Part shown: piece after piece, positions 19,025-29,536 of the stretch | Layout of the letters: each line of letters starts with the position of its first letter | How positions within the stretch are numbered: the first letter of the stretch is position 1 | DNA from: an uncultured Gemmataceae bacterium | GTDB lineage: Bacteria; Planctomycetota; Planctomycetia; Gemmatales; Gemmataceae | Direction of reading: 5' to 3' | NCBI GenBank assembly: GCA_963750165.1 | Contig: CAVVPN010000003.1 | Location: 2,048,001 to 2,112,000 of the forward strand | DNA length: 64,000 nt | Notes under the pieces: model-generated | What the model was told of the DNA's origin: nothing | Database searches by the model: none | The model's input: the letters and a program-made list of their open reading frames with translations, nothing else | Position numbers and translations under genes: made by a program

Positions 19025-20251
19025 TCAGACCCGGCCGCGCACCAGGTCGATGAGCCGGCCAAGGACGCGCTCCCCGTCGGCGCGTAGGCCGTTGTGCTCG
19101 TATTCATCGGTAACCCACGGCCGCAGGCCCCGGATCGCGACGGCCGTCTCCTCCGCGAAACGCCGCTCGACGTACAGGTCGTTGACGTAAATCGTCGCGG
19201 CAACAGGGACCTCGTTGCGGGCAAGCTGAGCGGCGTCGTACAGGCGCGGCCAGGGGTGCTCCGCCAGGATCTCGGCAGCGGCGCCGTGGGAGTGCAACCC
19301 GGAGAAGTCCTGCCACATCCAGCGGAACACGTGCTCGGCCGTGAAGTAGCGCTCCTGGGCGACCTCGTCGGGCATCGTCCGCTCGGCCGACCAGCGCGTG
19401 GGCACCCCGTCAGCGTACGACGACTCGTGGAGCGTGGCGTAGATCGGGTTCCTCCCGAACCGCGCCGCCTCGTCCACGTCGTGGAGAAATGCCCGCGAGC
19501 CGGGCGGCAGCTCGACGATGTGGTGGATCTGCTCGAAGCCGGCGCTGTCGCCGAGTTTGAAGCCGAGCTGGAGGAAGCGGCGCGCGGTGAGCCGGTCGCC
19601 GGACGGGAGCCGGACGTCCTCGTCATCGAGCCGGTGGAGGATTTCCCTGACCCGTTCGCGGTCCCCAGGGTAGCGCTGGAAGTAGGCTCTGTTCTTCTCG
19701 ATCGCGCGGGCCCACGTCGCGGCGTACACGTCATCGACGGGCCGGCCGACCGGCGAGAGGCCGCCGGTGATGAGCGCCTCGCGCAGGCCTTCCGGGGCAA
19801 ACGAGAGGTAGGTCATTGTGCAGAAACCGCCGAAGCTCTGGCCGAGGACGCTCCACCGATCGACGCCGAGTTCGTGCCGGATCAGTTCCGCGTCGCGGAT
19901 AATGCCATCGGCGCGCAGGTGAGTCATGTACGCAGCCTGCTCTTGCGGCGTTGAGCCAGGAATATCGCCAACCGGAGTCGAGCGACCGGTGCCGCGCTGG
20001 TCGATGAGCAGCACCCGGTAGTCGGCGATCGCCCGCTTCTGCCAGCCCGACGGGGGTGCGGTGGGTCGGGTCGCCTCAAAGCCTGGGCCCCCCTGAAGGA
20101 ACAGCAAATACGGTCGGTCGAGGCCATCGGGCGCAGCAAGTTCGCGAGTGAAAAGAGTGATCTTCTCGCCATCGGGCATCGAGTGGTCCAACGGGACCGA
20201 GTGGGCTCGCTCGGTGAGGACCGCGCCGGGAACGCGGTAGGTAACTGCCAT
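19025..20251 (-). CDS. pip: Proline iminopeptidase (alpha/beta hydrolase)
   Basis: VPLDH, FLQGGPG, DQRGTGRS, GQSFGGF, YVNDLYV, EYEHNGL. Confidence 0.92.
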   Translation of the reverse strand: MAVTYRVPGAVLTERAHSVPLDHSMPDGEKITLFTRELAAPDGLDRPYLLFLQGGPGFEATRPTAPPSGWQKRAIADYRVLLIDQRGTGRSTPVGDIPGSTPQEQAAYMTHLRADGIIRDAELIRHELGVDRWSVLGQSFGGFCTMTYLSFAPEGLREALITGGLSPVGRPVDDVYAATWARAIEKNRAYFQRYPGDRERVREILHRLDDEDVRLPSGDRLTARRFLQLGFKLGDSAGFEQIHHIVELPPGSRAFLHDVDEAARFGRNPIYATLHESSYADGVPTRWSAERTMPDEVAQERYFTAEHVFRWMWQDFSGLHSHGAAAEILAEHPWPRLYDAAQLARNEVPVAATIYVNDLYVERRFAEETAVAIRGLRPWVTDEYEHNGLRADGERVLGRLIDLVRGRV

Positions 20252-20543
20252 AAGCGGACTCTCCCCTCGCACTACACTTGCAATGTACGGGCTACGGTAC
20301 AACCGACCCTTAGGACAGGCGACCGTCTGACAATCTCCCCTTTGCGGTGATCAAGACGCAATCCGGGCTTGTTTGGCACCATCTTACAAAGTGGCCTACG
20401 CACTGCATCGACGGCGGCTTGCGTGCTTCGGTCCGACCCACATCCGACACACGTCCGACACACCGCTGCGCTTTCGGGGCTGCCTTTCGCGCCTTTGGCC
20501 CTTGCAGCCTCATTGCCCAAAGGATGACGCGACCCGGCCTCAA

Positions 20544-20873
20544 TCACGAAGCACGTCCGCTACGGTGCCGGTCGTTCGGAGAGTCACCCAGAAGATCCGT
20601 GGTCAGAACCTCCTCGGCGGTTCCGCCACGTCGTGCGACCAAGAGTCGCAGCGCCTCGGCTACGAGTTCCTGTTTCCGGATCTTGTGCTCCCACATGCCG
20701 TGGACGTAGGCGTCGAGCCAGTCGTTCAGGCGCGTTGGCACGCGCAGCGTCACCGTTGTCGTCGGACTCGCCGCCAGTTCTTGCGCGAGGGCAATCCGTT
20801 TCTCCAGGACCCTGATTCTGCCTGAGTCCTTCCTTCGCGAACCTTGTTTGGCCGCCCCAGACGATCGCCTCAT
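20544..20873 (-). CDS. Putative ribbon-helix-helix DNA-binding protein
   Basis: TVTLRVPTRLNDWLD...KQELVAEAL; AAGGAGG RBS; divergent from recombinase. Confidence 0.55.
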   Translation of the reverse strand: MRRSSGAAKQGSRRKDSGRIRVLEKRIALAQELAASPTTTVTLRVPTRLNDWLDAYVHGMWEHKIRKQELVAEALRLLVARRGGTAEEVLTTDLLGDSPNDRHRSGRAS

Positions 20874-20958
20874 ACCCCTCCTTCTCCGCCGTCGCACGTT
20901 ATGACAGGTCATATTGTCCTATGACGGGCAACCGTGCAAGTCCGTGCGCGAAAAGACG

Positions 20959-20993
20959 CTGACCTCCGATAAGCTTCGATTATCGGAGGTCAG
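20959..20993. other. lox-like recombination site candidate
   Basis: Perfect 14-7-14 palindrome CTGACCTCCGATAA-gcttcga-TTATCGGAGGTCAG, ~125 bp upstream of recombinase. Confidence 0.7.
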
Positions 20994-21118
20994 AAAAACC
21001 GCCGGGAAGGGCGCCTGTGAGCCCGTTTTTCCGGGCAAATTGCCGAATCGGACTCGCGCCGCGGCCACGATCGTGATAGCCTGCCCGGCAGACGTACTCA
21101 ATCATCCACGCTCGGGGC

Positions 21119-22114
21119 ATGGCAGCACGAAGAGCCGCAAACGGCCCAACACCACCCGCCGTCCGGCCCACCGGGGCGGACGCCTTGACGAGACTTGAGA
21201 ACGTCGGCGCTCGCGCCCGCGAATTTGTCCGCCAGGCCAAGGCCGCCAGCACACGGCGGGCTTATCGCGCAGACTGGGCGGATTTCATCGCCTGGTGCGC
21301 ACAGTACCACCTTGTGTCCCTGCCCGCGCGCCCAGACACGGTCGCCTACTACCTGGCTGACAGGTCCAAACGGCTCAAAGTGAGCACGCTCCAGCGCAGG
21401 CTCGCCACCATCGCGGAGGCGCACCGGGCGGCTGGGCACGAGTCTCCCAATCGCCACTCTCAGGTTCGGCTGGTCTGGCAGGGCATCCGGCGTGAAAAAG
21501 GCGTCGCCCAGGTCCACAAGAAGCCAGCATTGACCAGGCACGTCCGACTTATGGTTGGCAAGCTGCCCGACAGCTTGCTCGGCCACCGCGATCGCGCCCT
21601 ACTTCTCCTGGGCTTCGCTGGCGCGATGAGGCGGAGCGAACTCGTGGGCCTTGACGTCTCGGACCTCGCCCAGGCCGACGAGGGGCTTGTCATCACGATC
21701 CGCAAGAGCAAGACCGATCAGGTTCGCCAGGGACGGAAGCTCGGGATTCCGTTCGGGAGCAACCCAGAGACTTGTCCCGTGCGGGCGGTTCTCGGGTGGC
21801 TCGACTCTTCGGGCATCCAGGAAGGAGCGCTTTTCCGACCGGTGAACCGGCATGGGCAACTTTTGGAGAAGCGGTTGTCGGACCGAGCGGTCGCGGAGGT
21901 GGTACAGCGCAGTCTGAAGGCCGCCGGGAAGAGCGCCAGGGGTTACTCGGGGCATTCACTTCGCGCGGGCCTCGTTACCCAGGCAGCCATGAGCGGCGCC
22001 AGCGAGAGGTCGATTCAGGAGCAATCGGGGCATCGAAGCCTGGCTGTCATGCGGCGCTACATCCGGGATGGGTCTCTGTTCCGCGAGAATGCCGCCTCGA
22101 AAGTCGGCCTCTGA
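21119..22114 (+). CDS. Cre-like tyrosine recombinase
   Basis: STRRAYRADW, RDRALLLLGFAGAMRRSEL, SKTDQ, GHSLRAG, GHRS..MRRY. Confidence 0.95.
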   Translation: MAARRAANGPTPPAVRPTGADALTRLENVGARAREFVRQAKAASTRRAYRADWADFIAWCAQYHLVSLPARPDTVAYYLADRSKRLKVSTLQRRLATIAEAHRAAGHESPNRHSQVRLVWQGIRREKGVAQVHKKPALTRHVRLMVGKLPDSLLGHRDRALLLLGFAGAMRRSELVGLDVSDLAQADEGLVITIRKSKTDQVRQGRKLGIPFGSNPETCPVRAVLGWLDSSGIQEGALFRPVNRHGQLLEKRLSDRAVAEVVQRSLKAAGKSARGYSGHSLRAGLVTQAAMSGASERSIQEQSGHRSLAVMRRYIRDGSLFRENAASKVGL

Positions 22115-22462
22115 GCACATCCATTCCGGCACCCTGCCTTATCTCAGATCCTTTCGGTTGCAATGAAAATAATGCAAAATCTGTGGCTAACCGGAGGAGT
22201 ATGACAGGGCTCGACGGCAAGGCATTACCCAACATCGACAAGGAGCAACGGGAGCCCGACCCCTTGGTCCCGGAATCCGCGTCGTTGCTCAGGGCCGAGT
22301 TCCTGGTTGAACTCGCGAAGGACGGCACCGATCTTCCAGTCCTCATCAGGGAACAACCAACGCCTTCGCGTACGCGGCAGCTCTTGTTCGAGTTCCCTCC
22401 GGAGTGGTGCGAGCCGCCCGCGCCAGAAGACCGCGTTCCCTCTCAGGTCCAAGGAGACCATC

Positions 22463-22780
22463 ATGCTGTACAAGACGATCGTTCTCGAACTCCTCCAGCA
22501 GTGCCCCGAGATCCACGAGCGGCTCCGCTGTCGGCGGATGCTACAGCCGGCGCTGGAACGCCACGCGCAGGAGTTGAAGACCAGCCACGAGGTCTGGAAG
22601 GACCGCCTGTCTCAGGCGAAGCCGGGCAGCAACCCGAGCCAGATTGCGAGCGAGGCCCTGGAGATGGCCCTCCGGGAGCTGGAGGGCCGTTTGACCTCTG
22701 GTTTGCCTCCGCACGACAGCGAGCCGCTGTCCCTCGACGCGGCCATGGCGTTCGTCCGCGCTCGCACTCCGCCCGCGTAA
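22463..22780 (+). CDS. Hypothetical protein upstream of helicase
   Basis: AAGGAGA RBS; MLYKTIVLELLQQ; helical composition. Confidence 0.65.
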   Translation: MLYKTIVLELLQQCPEIHERLRCRRMLQPALERHAQELKTSHEVWKDRLSQAKPGSNPSQIASEALEMALRELEGRLTSGLPPHDSEPLSLDAAMAFVRARTPPA

Positions 22781-22926
22781 AGGCGTCGGAGAAGCTGCCG
22801 ACGCTGTTTGATTTCCTTCCCGCCCAGCCGGCCGGCGACGAGCCCCAGCCACCGGGACCGGAGGAAACACCTCCACCGCCGGTCCCGGCAACGCCCTCGG
22901 TTGCCGAGGCCCCCAACCCGGCCGAT

Positions 22927-25900
22927 GTGTCCGCCTGTCTTGAACGCCCCGCGCCCGCCGTACCGTTCACCAGCGCCAGCGGTGAAAAAGCCAAGGCCCG
23001 CGACATCCTCGCCGCCATCCGCACCGTCCAGACCATCGACCGCGAGCTGCGGCCCGCCACGCCCGAAGAGCGGCAGACGCTCGCAAGCTTCGCCGGCTTC
23101 GGCCCCGTCGCCCTGTCGATCTTTCCCGACCCCGGCACCGGCCACTACAAGGACGCCACCTGGCAGGCACTCGGCGAGGAGTTGAAGGCGCTGCTGTCGC
23201 CCGAGGAATACGCCAGCGCCCGGCGCGCTACCTTCAACGCCTTCTACACATCCCCGACCGTCATCGCGGCCATGCACGAGGCCCTCGACCGCCTGGGAGT
23301 TGCCGGGGACGCCACTCTCCTCGAACCGGGTTGTGGCGCCGGCCATTTCATGAGCCAGGGCCGGCCCGGGCTGCGCTACGTCGGCGTCGAGCTGGACCGC
23401 GTTTCCGGGCGCATCGCCCAACTGCTCCACCCCGATCAGGAGATCCGCATCGAGAACTTCCGCGACACGCGCCTGCCCGAGGGAACGATCGACGCCGTGA
23501 TCGGCAATCCGCCCTTCGCGGACGTCCGGCTCGACTTCCACGGCCTGCGCCTGGCCCTTCACGACTTCTTCCTCGCCAAGTCGCTGGACCTCTTGAAACA
23601 CGGCGGCGTCCTCGCTCTCGTCACCAGCCATTTCAGCCTCGACAAACAGAACGCCCGCCTGCGCGAGCACCTGGCCGAGCAGGCGGATTTCCTGGGGGCA
23701 ATTCGCCTGCCCTCCGACGCCTTCAAGCGCCAGGGCACAAGCGTCGTCACGGACATCGTGTTCTTTCGCAAGCGGGCCCCCGGCGAACCGGCCAACCACG
23801 CGGACCCGGCCTGGCTCGAGACCGAGCCCGTGGACATCGAAGGCGCCACCATCTCGATCAACCGCTACTTCCGGAAATTTCCGGAAATGGTGCTGGGCAA
23901 TTTCAGCCGCAAGGACCGCCTTTACGACGACGGCTACAGTCTCGCCGCGAACGGCGACCTGGCGGAGCAGCTTCGCGCCGCGATCCGCAACCTGCCCGAG
24001 GGCATCGCTTCAGCACCAACCGCGCGTGAGCAAGAGAGCGCCCCGTCGTTCACTCCCCCGCCGCGGCAGCCGCACGTCACGGAAGGCAGCTTCTTCGTCG
24101 GCGACGATCGCACTATCTGCCAGTGCCTGGACGGGCAGACCGTACCAGTCACTTACGGAGGGAAAACCCTGCACGCTGGCGGCGCGCTCACCGGCAAGCG
24201 CCTGGCCGCGCTGGTCGGCCTGCGCAACCGCGCCCGCCGCGTCCTGCAGTCGCAGAACGAAGGCTGGCCCGAGGCGGACCGCCACGACGCCCGCCGGGAA
24301 CTGAACTGGGCCTATGACCGATTCGTCGCTACCTACGGCCCGATCAACAAGACCACCTTCGGGAGAACCGCTGACGGCACCCTGATCCGCCGCATGCCCA
24401 ACCTGGTCAAGTTCCGCGAGGACCCCGACGCGATGCTGGTTCTCTCCCTGGAGGACTACGACGAGGTGACCGGCCAGGCCGCCAAGGCCGCCATAATGAC
24501 CAGGGACGTGGTCGGCAGGAGCCCACCCGTCACGTCGGTCCGCAGCGCCGAGGAAGGGTTGCTCGTCTCCCTCGACCAGCGCGGCACGGTCGATCTGCCG
24601 TTCATCGTCACGCTCTACGGCCAGCCCGAGGAGAAGATCGTGGCCGAACTGGGCGACCTGATCTTCCACGACACGGTGTCCCGGACCTGGCAGACAGCCG
24701 ACGCCTACCTCTCGGGCAACGTGAGGGCCAAGCTCGCCGCGGCCGAGCAGGCCGGCCCGGCTTACCTGCGCAACGCCGAGGCCCTGCGGGCCGTGCAGCC
24801 GGAAGACGTGCTGCCTGGCGACATCGACGCCAACCTCGGGGCGCCGTGGGTCCCCGAAAGCGACATTCAGGCGTTCGCCGCCGATCTCTTCCGTGTCGCG
24901 CCGTCTTCGATCCAGGTCGGGCACCTGCCGAAGGACGCGGTCTGGAGCCTGGACGCCGACTACGCCGCCCAGCAGTCCGTCGCCGCGACCTCCGAGTACG
25001 GCACGCCCCGCGCCAACGGCACCGGCCTCCTTGAAATGGCCCTGAACATGAAGACGCCGACGATCTACGACACGGTCACCCGCGGCGACCGCGAGGAGCG
25101 CGTGCTCAACCGGGAGGCCACGCTGGCCGCCCGCGAGAAGCAAAAGCAAATCAAGGAGCGCTTCCGCTCCTGGCTGTTCGCCGATCCCGAGCGCACGGAG
25201 CGCCTCGTGCGCCTGTACAACGACGCCTTCAATGCCTTACGTCCCCGGCTCTTTGACGGGTCGCACCTCGACTTCCCCGGCATGAACCAGACCATCCGGC
25301 TCAGGCCCCACCAGAAGGACGCCGTCTGGCGCGGCATGAGTTCGGGCAACACGCTGTTGGCCCATGCCGTCGGCGCCGGCAAGACCTTCACGATGGCCGC
25401 CACCGGTATGAAGCTGAAGCAGGCCGGCCTGATCGCCAAGCCAATGTACGTCGTGCCCAACCACCTGCTGGAGCAATTCGCCCGCGAGTTCCTCCAACTT
25501 TATCCCAACGCCAAGCTGCTCGTCGCCACCAAGGAAGATCTGACGCGCGAGCGCCGCAAGCACCTGACCGCAAGAATCGCCAGCGGCCAGTGGGACGGCA
25601 TCCTCGCCACCCACAGTTCGTTCGAGCGCATCGGCCTGTCGCGGCAATACCAGGAGCAGTTCCTGCGCGAGCAGATCGCCGAATACGACCAGTTGCTCAA
25701 AGACGGCGCCAGCGCCCAAGCGGTCCGCACTCGCCGCAACCTCATCAAGACCGTCGAAAAGGCCAAAAGCAAGCGCGAGGAGAAGCTCAGGGACTTGCTC
25801 GCTGAGGACAAGAAGGATGACGGGCTGGTTTTTGATCAACTCGGCGTCGATCATCTGTTCATCGACGAGTCCCAGTTCTTCAAGAACCTGGAGACGCCGA

Positions 25901-27921
25901 CGAAGATGGAGCGTGTCGCCGGCATTCAGACGGGCGGCAGCGAGCGCGCCTTCGACCTCTACATGAAGGCCCGCTACCTGCACCAGCGCCACCCCGGTCA
26001 CGGCTTGACGTTCGCCACTGGCACGCCGATTTCCAACACCATGGTCGAACTCTACACAGTCCAGCGCTTCCTGGACCCCGAGGGGATGCTCCAGCGCGGC
26101 ATCGAGCATTTCGACGGCTGGGCGGCCACCTTCGGCGAGGTCGTCGATACGATGGAGATCGCGCCCGACGGCGCTTCTCTCCGGCCGCGGAGCCGCTTCG
26201 CCCGCTTTACGAACCTGCCCGAGCTACAGCAGCTGTTCCGCGCTTTCGCCGACGTGCAGACCGCCGACATGCTCGACCTGCCCCGGCCGCGCCTCGAAGG
26301 CGGCAAGGCGATCGTCGTGGCCTGCCCGATGTCCCAGGAGCAACGCGCCCTCCAGCAGGAACTGGTGGCCCGCTACGACCGGCTGCGTTCGGAAAAGGTC
26401 GATCCGCGGGAAGACAACGCGCTGGCCATCACCACCGACGGGCGCAAGCTCGCCCTCGACGGACGAATGCTTTCGGGTACGGCAGCAGACTTTCCCGGCT
26501 CGAAGGTCAACGCGCTGGTGGATAACGTCGCGGCCATCTGGCGGCGGACGGCTGCGGCACGCAGCACCCAGATGATTTTCGCCGACATGGGCGTTCACCC
26601 GACGCCCTGGGGCTACTCGGCCTATGAGGAGATCATCGAGAAGCTCGTCACCCGCGGCGTCCCCCGCGACCAGATAGCCGCCGTCGGCGACGCCGACTCC
26701 GACGCCAAGAAACAGGCCCTCTTTGAGAGGGTCCGCAACGGCCAGGTCCGGGTGCTGCTGGGTAGCACGCAGAAGATGGGCACCGGCACCAACGTGCAGA
26801 AACGCCTGGTGGCCCTGCACCACCTCGACGCCCCCTGGAAGCCGGCCGAGGTCGAACAGCGCGATGGCCGCATCCTCCGCCAGGGCAACGACAACGAGGA
26901 AGTGGCGGTCTATCGTTACGTAACCACTGGTTCCTTCGACAGTTACATGTGGCAGGCGCTCGAAACCAAGGCGCGCTTTATCGCGCAGCTCATGGCCGGA
27001 GACATCGCCGTCCGCCGCGCCGAGGACGTCGGCGGCCAGGAACTCTCTTATGCGGAGGTCAAGGCGATTGCGTCGGGCAACCCGGCGGTCCTGACGCTCG
27101 CCGAGGCCGACGCCGAGCTCCAGCGCCTTTCCGTCCTGAAACGGAATCACGCGGACGAGCAGTACCTCACGCGGCGCAGCCTGCGCGTGCTGCCCGAGAC
27201 CATTGCCAGCCTGTCCGGGCGGCTGTCCGACCTCACGGCCGACATGGCCACCGCCGCAGCCCACGCCGCTGACGCCATCACCATCGGCAATCGTACCGCC
27301 TCCCGCGAGGACGCGACGCTCATCCTTGGCAAGCGTCTGGACTCCTTGCCGGAGTGGGCGCTGGAGCCGCGCCGCGTCGCGCTGGGCGTGTATCGCGGCC
27401 TTCGCTTTGGACTTGTTCTTCATCCGCAATTCGCCCCCGAGGTGTACCTGGAAGGGGCAACCACGCGCCAGTCCATGCTCTCGCGGGAACACCACGGACC
27501 GCGAGCCGTCCTGAACGCGGCGGAGCGCCTGGCCAGCGCCTACGGCTCGGAGTGCGCCCGGGTCCGGCAAGACCTTGCGATCGCGGAGGCCCAGCTGCGC
27601 GACTATCAGGCGCGCCTGGGTGCGCCTTTCGCTCATGATTCCTACTTGTCCCGGCTCACCGTCTTGCGCGACCAGCTCAAGTCCGCACTTTCCGGCGCGG
27701 CCCCGGAGCCAGGCGACGAACCACTGCCGGGGGGTTCCGACCTCGCCGACCAGATTAAGGCCCTCAAGGCCGCGCACACCATCGAGGCCACGCCCCAGCG
27801 CGTCGGCAAACGCCGTTGCTCCGCTGAGGAACCCGTCACTGTGCGCATCCGCCGCCGATCGGAATCGCTTCCGTACTCTGACCCAGCGACGGAGTTCGAC
27901 GACGACGCATTGAGAGTATAA
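22927..27921 (+). CDS. DarB-like N6-adenine methyltransferase / SNF2 helicase fusion
   Basis: LEPGCGAG, GNPPF, HAVGAGKT, DESQ, ATGTP, GTGTNVQ, EQRDGRILRQGN; start uncertain (frame open from 21772). Confidence 0.92.
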   Translation: MSACLERPAPAVPFTSASGEKAKARDILAAIRTVQTIDRELRPATPEERQTLASFAGFGPVALSIFPDPGTGHYKDATWQALGEELKALLSPEEYASARRATFNAFYTSPTVIAAMHEALDRLGVAGDATLLEPGCGAGHFMSQGRPGLRYVGVELDRVSGRIAQLLHPDQEIRIENFRDTRLPEGTIDAVIGNPPFADVRLDFHGLRLALHDFFLAKSLDLLKHGGVLALVTSHFSLDKQNARLREHLAEQADFLGAIRLPSDAFKRQGTSVVTDIVFFRKRAPGEPANHADPAWLETEPVDIEGATISINRYFRKFPEMVLGNFSRKDRLYDDGYSLAANGDLAEQLRAAIRNLPEGIASAPTAREQESAPSFTPPPRQPHVTEGSFFVGDDRTICQCLDGQTVPVTYGGKTLHAGGALTGKRLAALVGLRNRARRVLQSQNEGWPEADRHDARRELNWAYDRFVATYGPINKTTFGRTADGTLIRRMPNLVKFREDPDAMLVLSLEDYDEVTGQAAKAAIMTRDVVGRSPPVTSVRSAEEGLLVSLDQRGTVDLPFIVTLYGQPEEKIVAELGDLIFHDTVSRTWQTADAYLSGNVRAKLAAAEQAGPAYLRNAEALRAVQPEDVLPGDIDANLGAPWVPESDIQAFAADLFRVAPSSIQVGHLPKDAVWSLDADYAAQQSVAATSEYGTPRANGTGLLEMALNMKTPTIYDTVTRGDREERVLNREATLAAREKQKQIKERFRSWLFADPERTERLVRLYNDAFNALRPRLFDGSHLDFPGMNQTIRLRPHQKDAVWRGMSSGNTLLAHAVGAGKTFTMAATGMKLKQAGLIAKPMYVVPNHLLEQFAREFLQLYPNAKLLVATKEDLTRERRKHLTARIASGQWDGILATHSSFERIGLSRQYQEQFLREQIAEYDQLLKDGASAQAVRTRRNLIKTVEKAKSKREEKLRDLLAEDKKDDGLVFDQLGVDHLFIDESQFFKNLETPTKMERVAGIQTGGSERAFDLYMKARYLHQRHPGHGLTFATGTPISNTMVELYTVQRFLDPEGMLQRGIEHFDGWAATFGEVVDTMEIAPDGASLRPRSRFARFTNLPELQQLFRAFADVQTADMLDLPRPRLEGGKAIVVACPMSQEQRALQQELVARYDRLRSEKVDPREDNALAITTDGRKLALDGRMLSGTAADFPGSKVNALVDNVAAIWRRTAAARSTQMIFADMGVHPTPWGYSAYEEIIEKLVTRGVPRDQIAAVGDADSDAKKQALFERVRNGQVRVLLGSTQKMGTGTNVQKRLVALHHLDAPWKPAEVEQRDGRILRQGNDNEEVAVYRYVTTGSFDSYMWQALETKARFIAQLMAGDIAVRRAEDVGGQELSYAEVKAIASGNPAVLTLAEADAELQRLSVLKRNHADEQYLTRRSLRVLPETIASLSGRLSDLTADMATAAAHAADAITIGNRTASREDATLILGKRLDSLPEWALEPRRVALGVYRGLRFGLVLHPQFAPEVYLEGATTRQSMLSREHHGPRAVLNAAERLASAYGSECARVRQDLAIAEAQLRDYQARLGAPFAHDSYLSRLTVLRDQLKSALSGAAPEPGDEPLPGGSDLADQIKALKAAHTIEATPQRVGKRRCSAEEPVTVRIRRRSESLPYSDPATEFDDDALRV

Positions 27922-28191
27922 ACATCCCTCGTCCTTCGCCTTGCCCGCGACGGCACTTGAGCCCAACTGACCTGAATTCAGGCGCGCTTCCTGTAACTCC
28001 TCTCTACAGGTCGGGGACGTTTCTTTCCTGCCGCGTGACACAGATAGTTTATTCGCTCGCATTTGTCGTATACACGTCAGGCTAGCATCGTTCATTATCA
28101 GGTCGGTTCAGAATTGAAGGTGGTTGGCGTTTTTGCGCTCTATCAGGGACGGCCCCCCGACAGAGCGCAAAGCTGCTACCGAGTACAAGGA

Positions 28192-28364
28192 TGGAGTTCC
28201 CCACGAAAAGTGGACAAGGGGTAAAGGGGGGGTAAGGGTTATTCCGTCTGCTCGTACTCCGCCGGGGCGACGTACCTCAGCGACGAATGCTGACGTTTGA
28301 GGTTGTAGAACACCTCGATGTACTCGAAGATCGCTGCCCGAGCCATCTCCCGCGTAGCGAAGAC
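28192..28364 (-). mobile_element. IS3-family remnant (transposase C-terminus and right end)
   Basis: [37 protein letters not shown], then ...GTCCACTTTTCGTGGGGAACTCCA terminus. Confidence 0.85.
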
Positions 28365-28391
28365 GGCGGCTCGGGAAATAAGCCGAGTTCT

Positions 28392-29441
28392 TCATCGCCG
28401 TTCGGCGGGCACTTTGCGGAAAAAATCACAAATGCACTCCATCAATTCACTCACGGTACCCGAAGGGGCCGGCCGAATCGGTACGCACACGGCAACCTTG
28501 TAAGGACCTACTTCCTTAATAGTTCTGACCTCGACATCCTTCTCCCAGGGTCCGTAGGCGTCTCGCCAGGATGCTGCGATGCCGAGGTATTCCCCCGTCG
28601 CCACCGTTGCCGCAACCATCTCGATGGAAGGTGACCACATCCAGCTCTTTCGGCCGCTCGCCCAGTCACCGATCGTGTAGTTACGCGCCCGAAGCTCAGG
28701 AGAATCGTTCACGCACACCGGGTACTTCTCGAGGTCTCGGAGTTCGATTTCTTTTTTCCTGCGAAGCGCGGAGAACGGGTCTCTTTTCCCCCTTCGGGGG
28801 AGGAGGAGAACGTCTCGGACGACGAACTCGGGCACCTCATGGGGTTCCACGTTCCGAACCGCGTCGGTGATCCCCGTTACCGTTACGCCGATTGAGGCCT
28901 CGCTGTAGCCGACCGCCTTCATGAGCTCGATCGGGTTTCCAATGTCGCGGAAGACGAATTCCACGCCCCGGGCCGGAATGCGTCCCGGCACCTCAAGCGC
29001 ACCTTTTGCGTCATCGCGTAGTCGGAAGGTTTTCACGATCCGCGTGAGGGCATGCACGGCGATCGCATATCCGGAAGCGACGGTAATAATCTCACGGTCT
29101 CCCCTCCCGGTCGGTCCGCCGATTGCGTCGAGACGGTCGAGCGTCTCCTTCACTTGACGGTAGACCGACCAACCCGCCGGCGTGACGACGCATCCCTGAT
29201 GACCGCTCCGACTGATGAGTCCATTTCGTTCGGCGTAGGCTTCCTCGATCTCGTTCAGAAGCTCCGACGCCCGAGGGAACGATACCCGTGGAGCAACCTT
29301 CCGGATCACGTCCTTAAGGAGGGGTTTCCTAGGGTGTTCGCGCTCAAGCGCTTCGCACACACCTGCGAAGACGCGGTACGCCTTGAGCGGCGGCAAGTCC
29401 TCCTGTCGGAGTGGTTTCTTCTTAGTGAGCTTCTTTTTCAT
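28392..29441 (-). CDS. Divergent LysR-type regulator
   Basis: RASELLNEIEEAY...VTPAGWSVY, ITVASGYAIAVHALTRIVKTF, SIEMVAATVATGEYLGI. Confidence 0.65.
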   Translation of the reverse strand: MKKKLTKKKPLRQEDLPPLKAYRVFAGVCEALEREHPRKPLLKDVIRKVAPRVSFPRASELLNEIEEAYAERNGLISRSGHQGCVVTPAGWSVYRQVKETLDRLDAIGGPTGRGDREIITVASGYAIAVHALTRIVKTFRLRDDAKGALEVPGRIPARGVEFVFRDIGNPIELMKAVGYSEASIGVTVTGITDAVRNVEPHEVPEFVVRDVLLLPRRGKRDPFSALRRKKEIELRDLEKYPVCVNDSPELRARNYTIGDWASGRKSWMWSPSIEMVAATVATGEYLGIAASWRDAYGPWEKDVEVRTIKEVGPYKVAVCVPIRPAPSGTVSELMECICDFFRKVPAERR

Positions 29442-29536
29442 GTCAGCCTCGATGTCGGGAAAGCGAAACCAGGTCGAATTTTATTATATCGAATTTCAAA
29501 TTCGACATCAAGTTGACCTGCGAAGGAGGTGTCGCG

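Noticed and set aside
21772..22926. 2049-aa start for the helicase
   Set aside because: Overlaps the recombinase and an RBS-bearing ORF; low-complexity translation
22461..28095. Long antisense ORFs (e.g. 623 aa)
   Set aside because: Shadow frames of a high-GC gene
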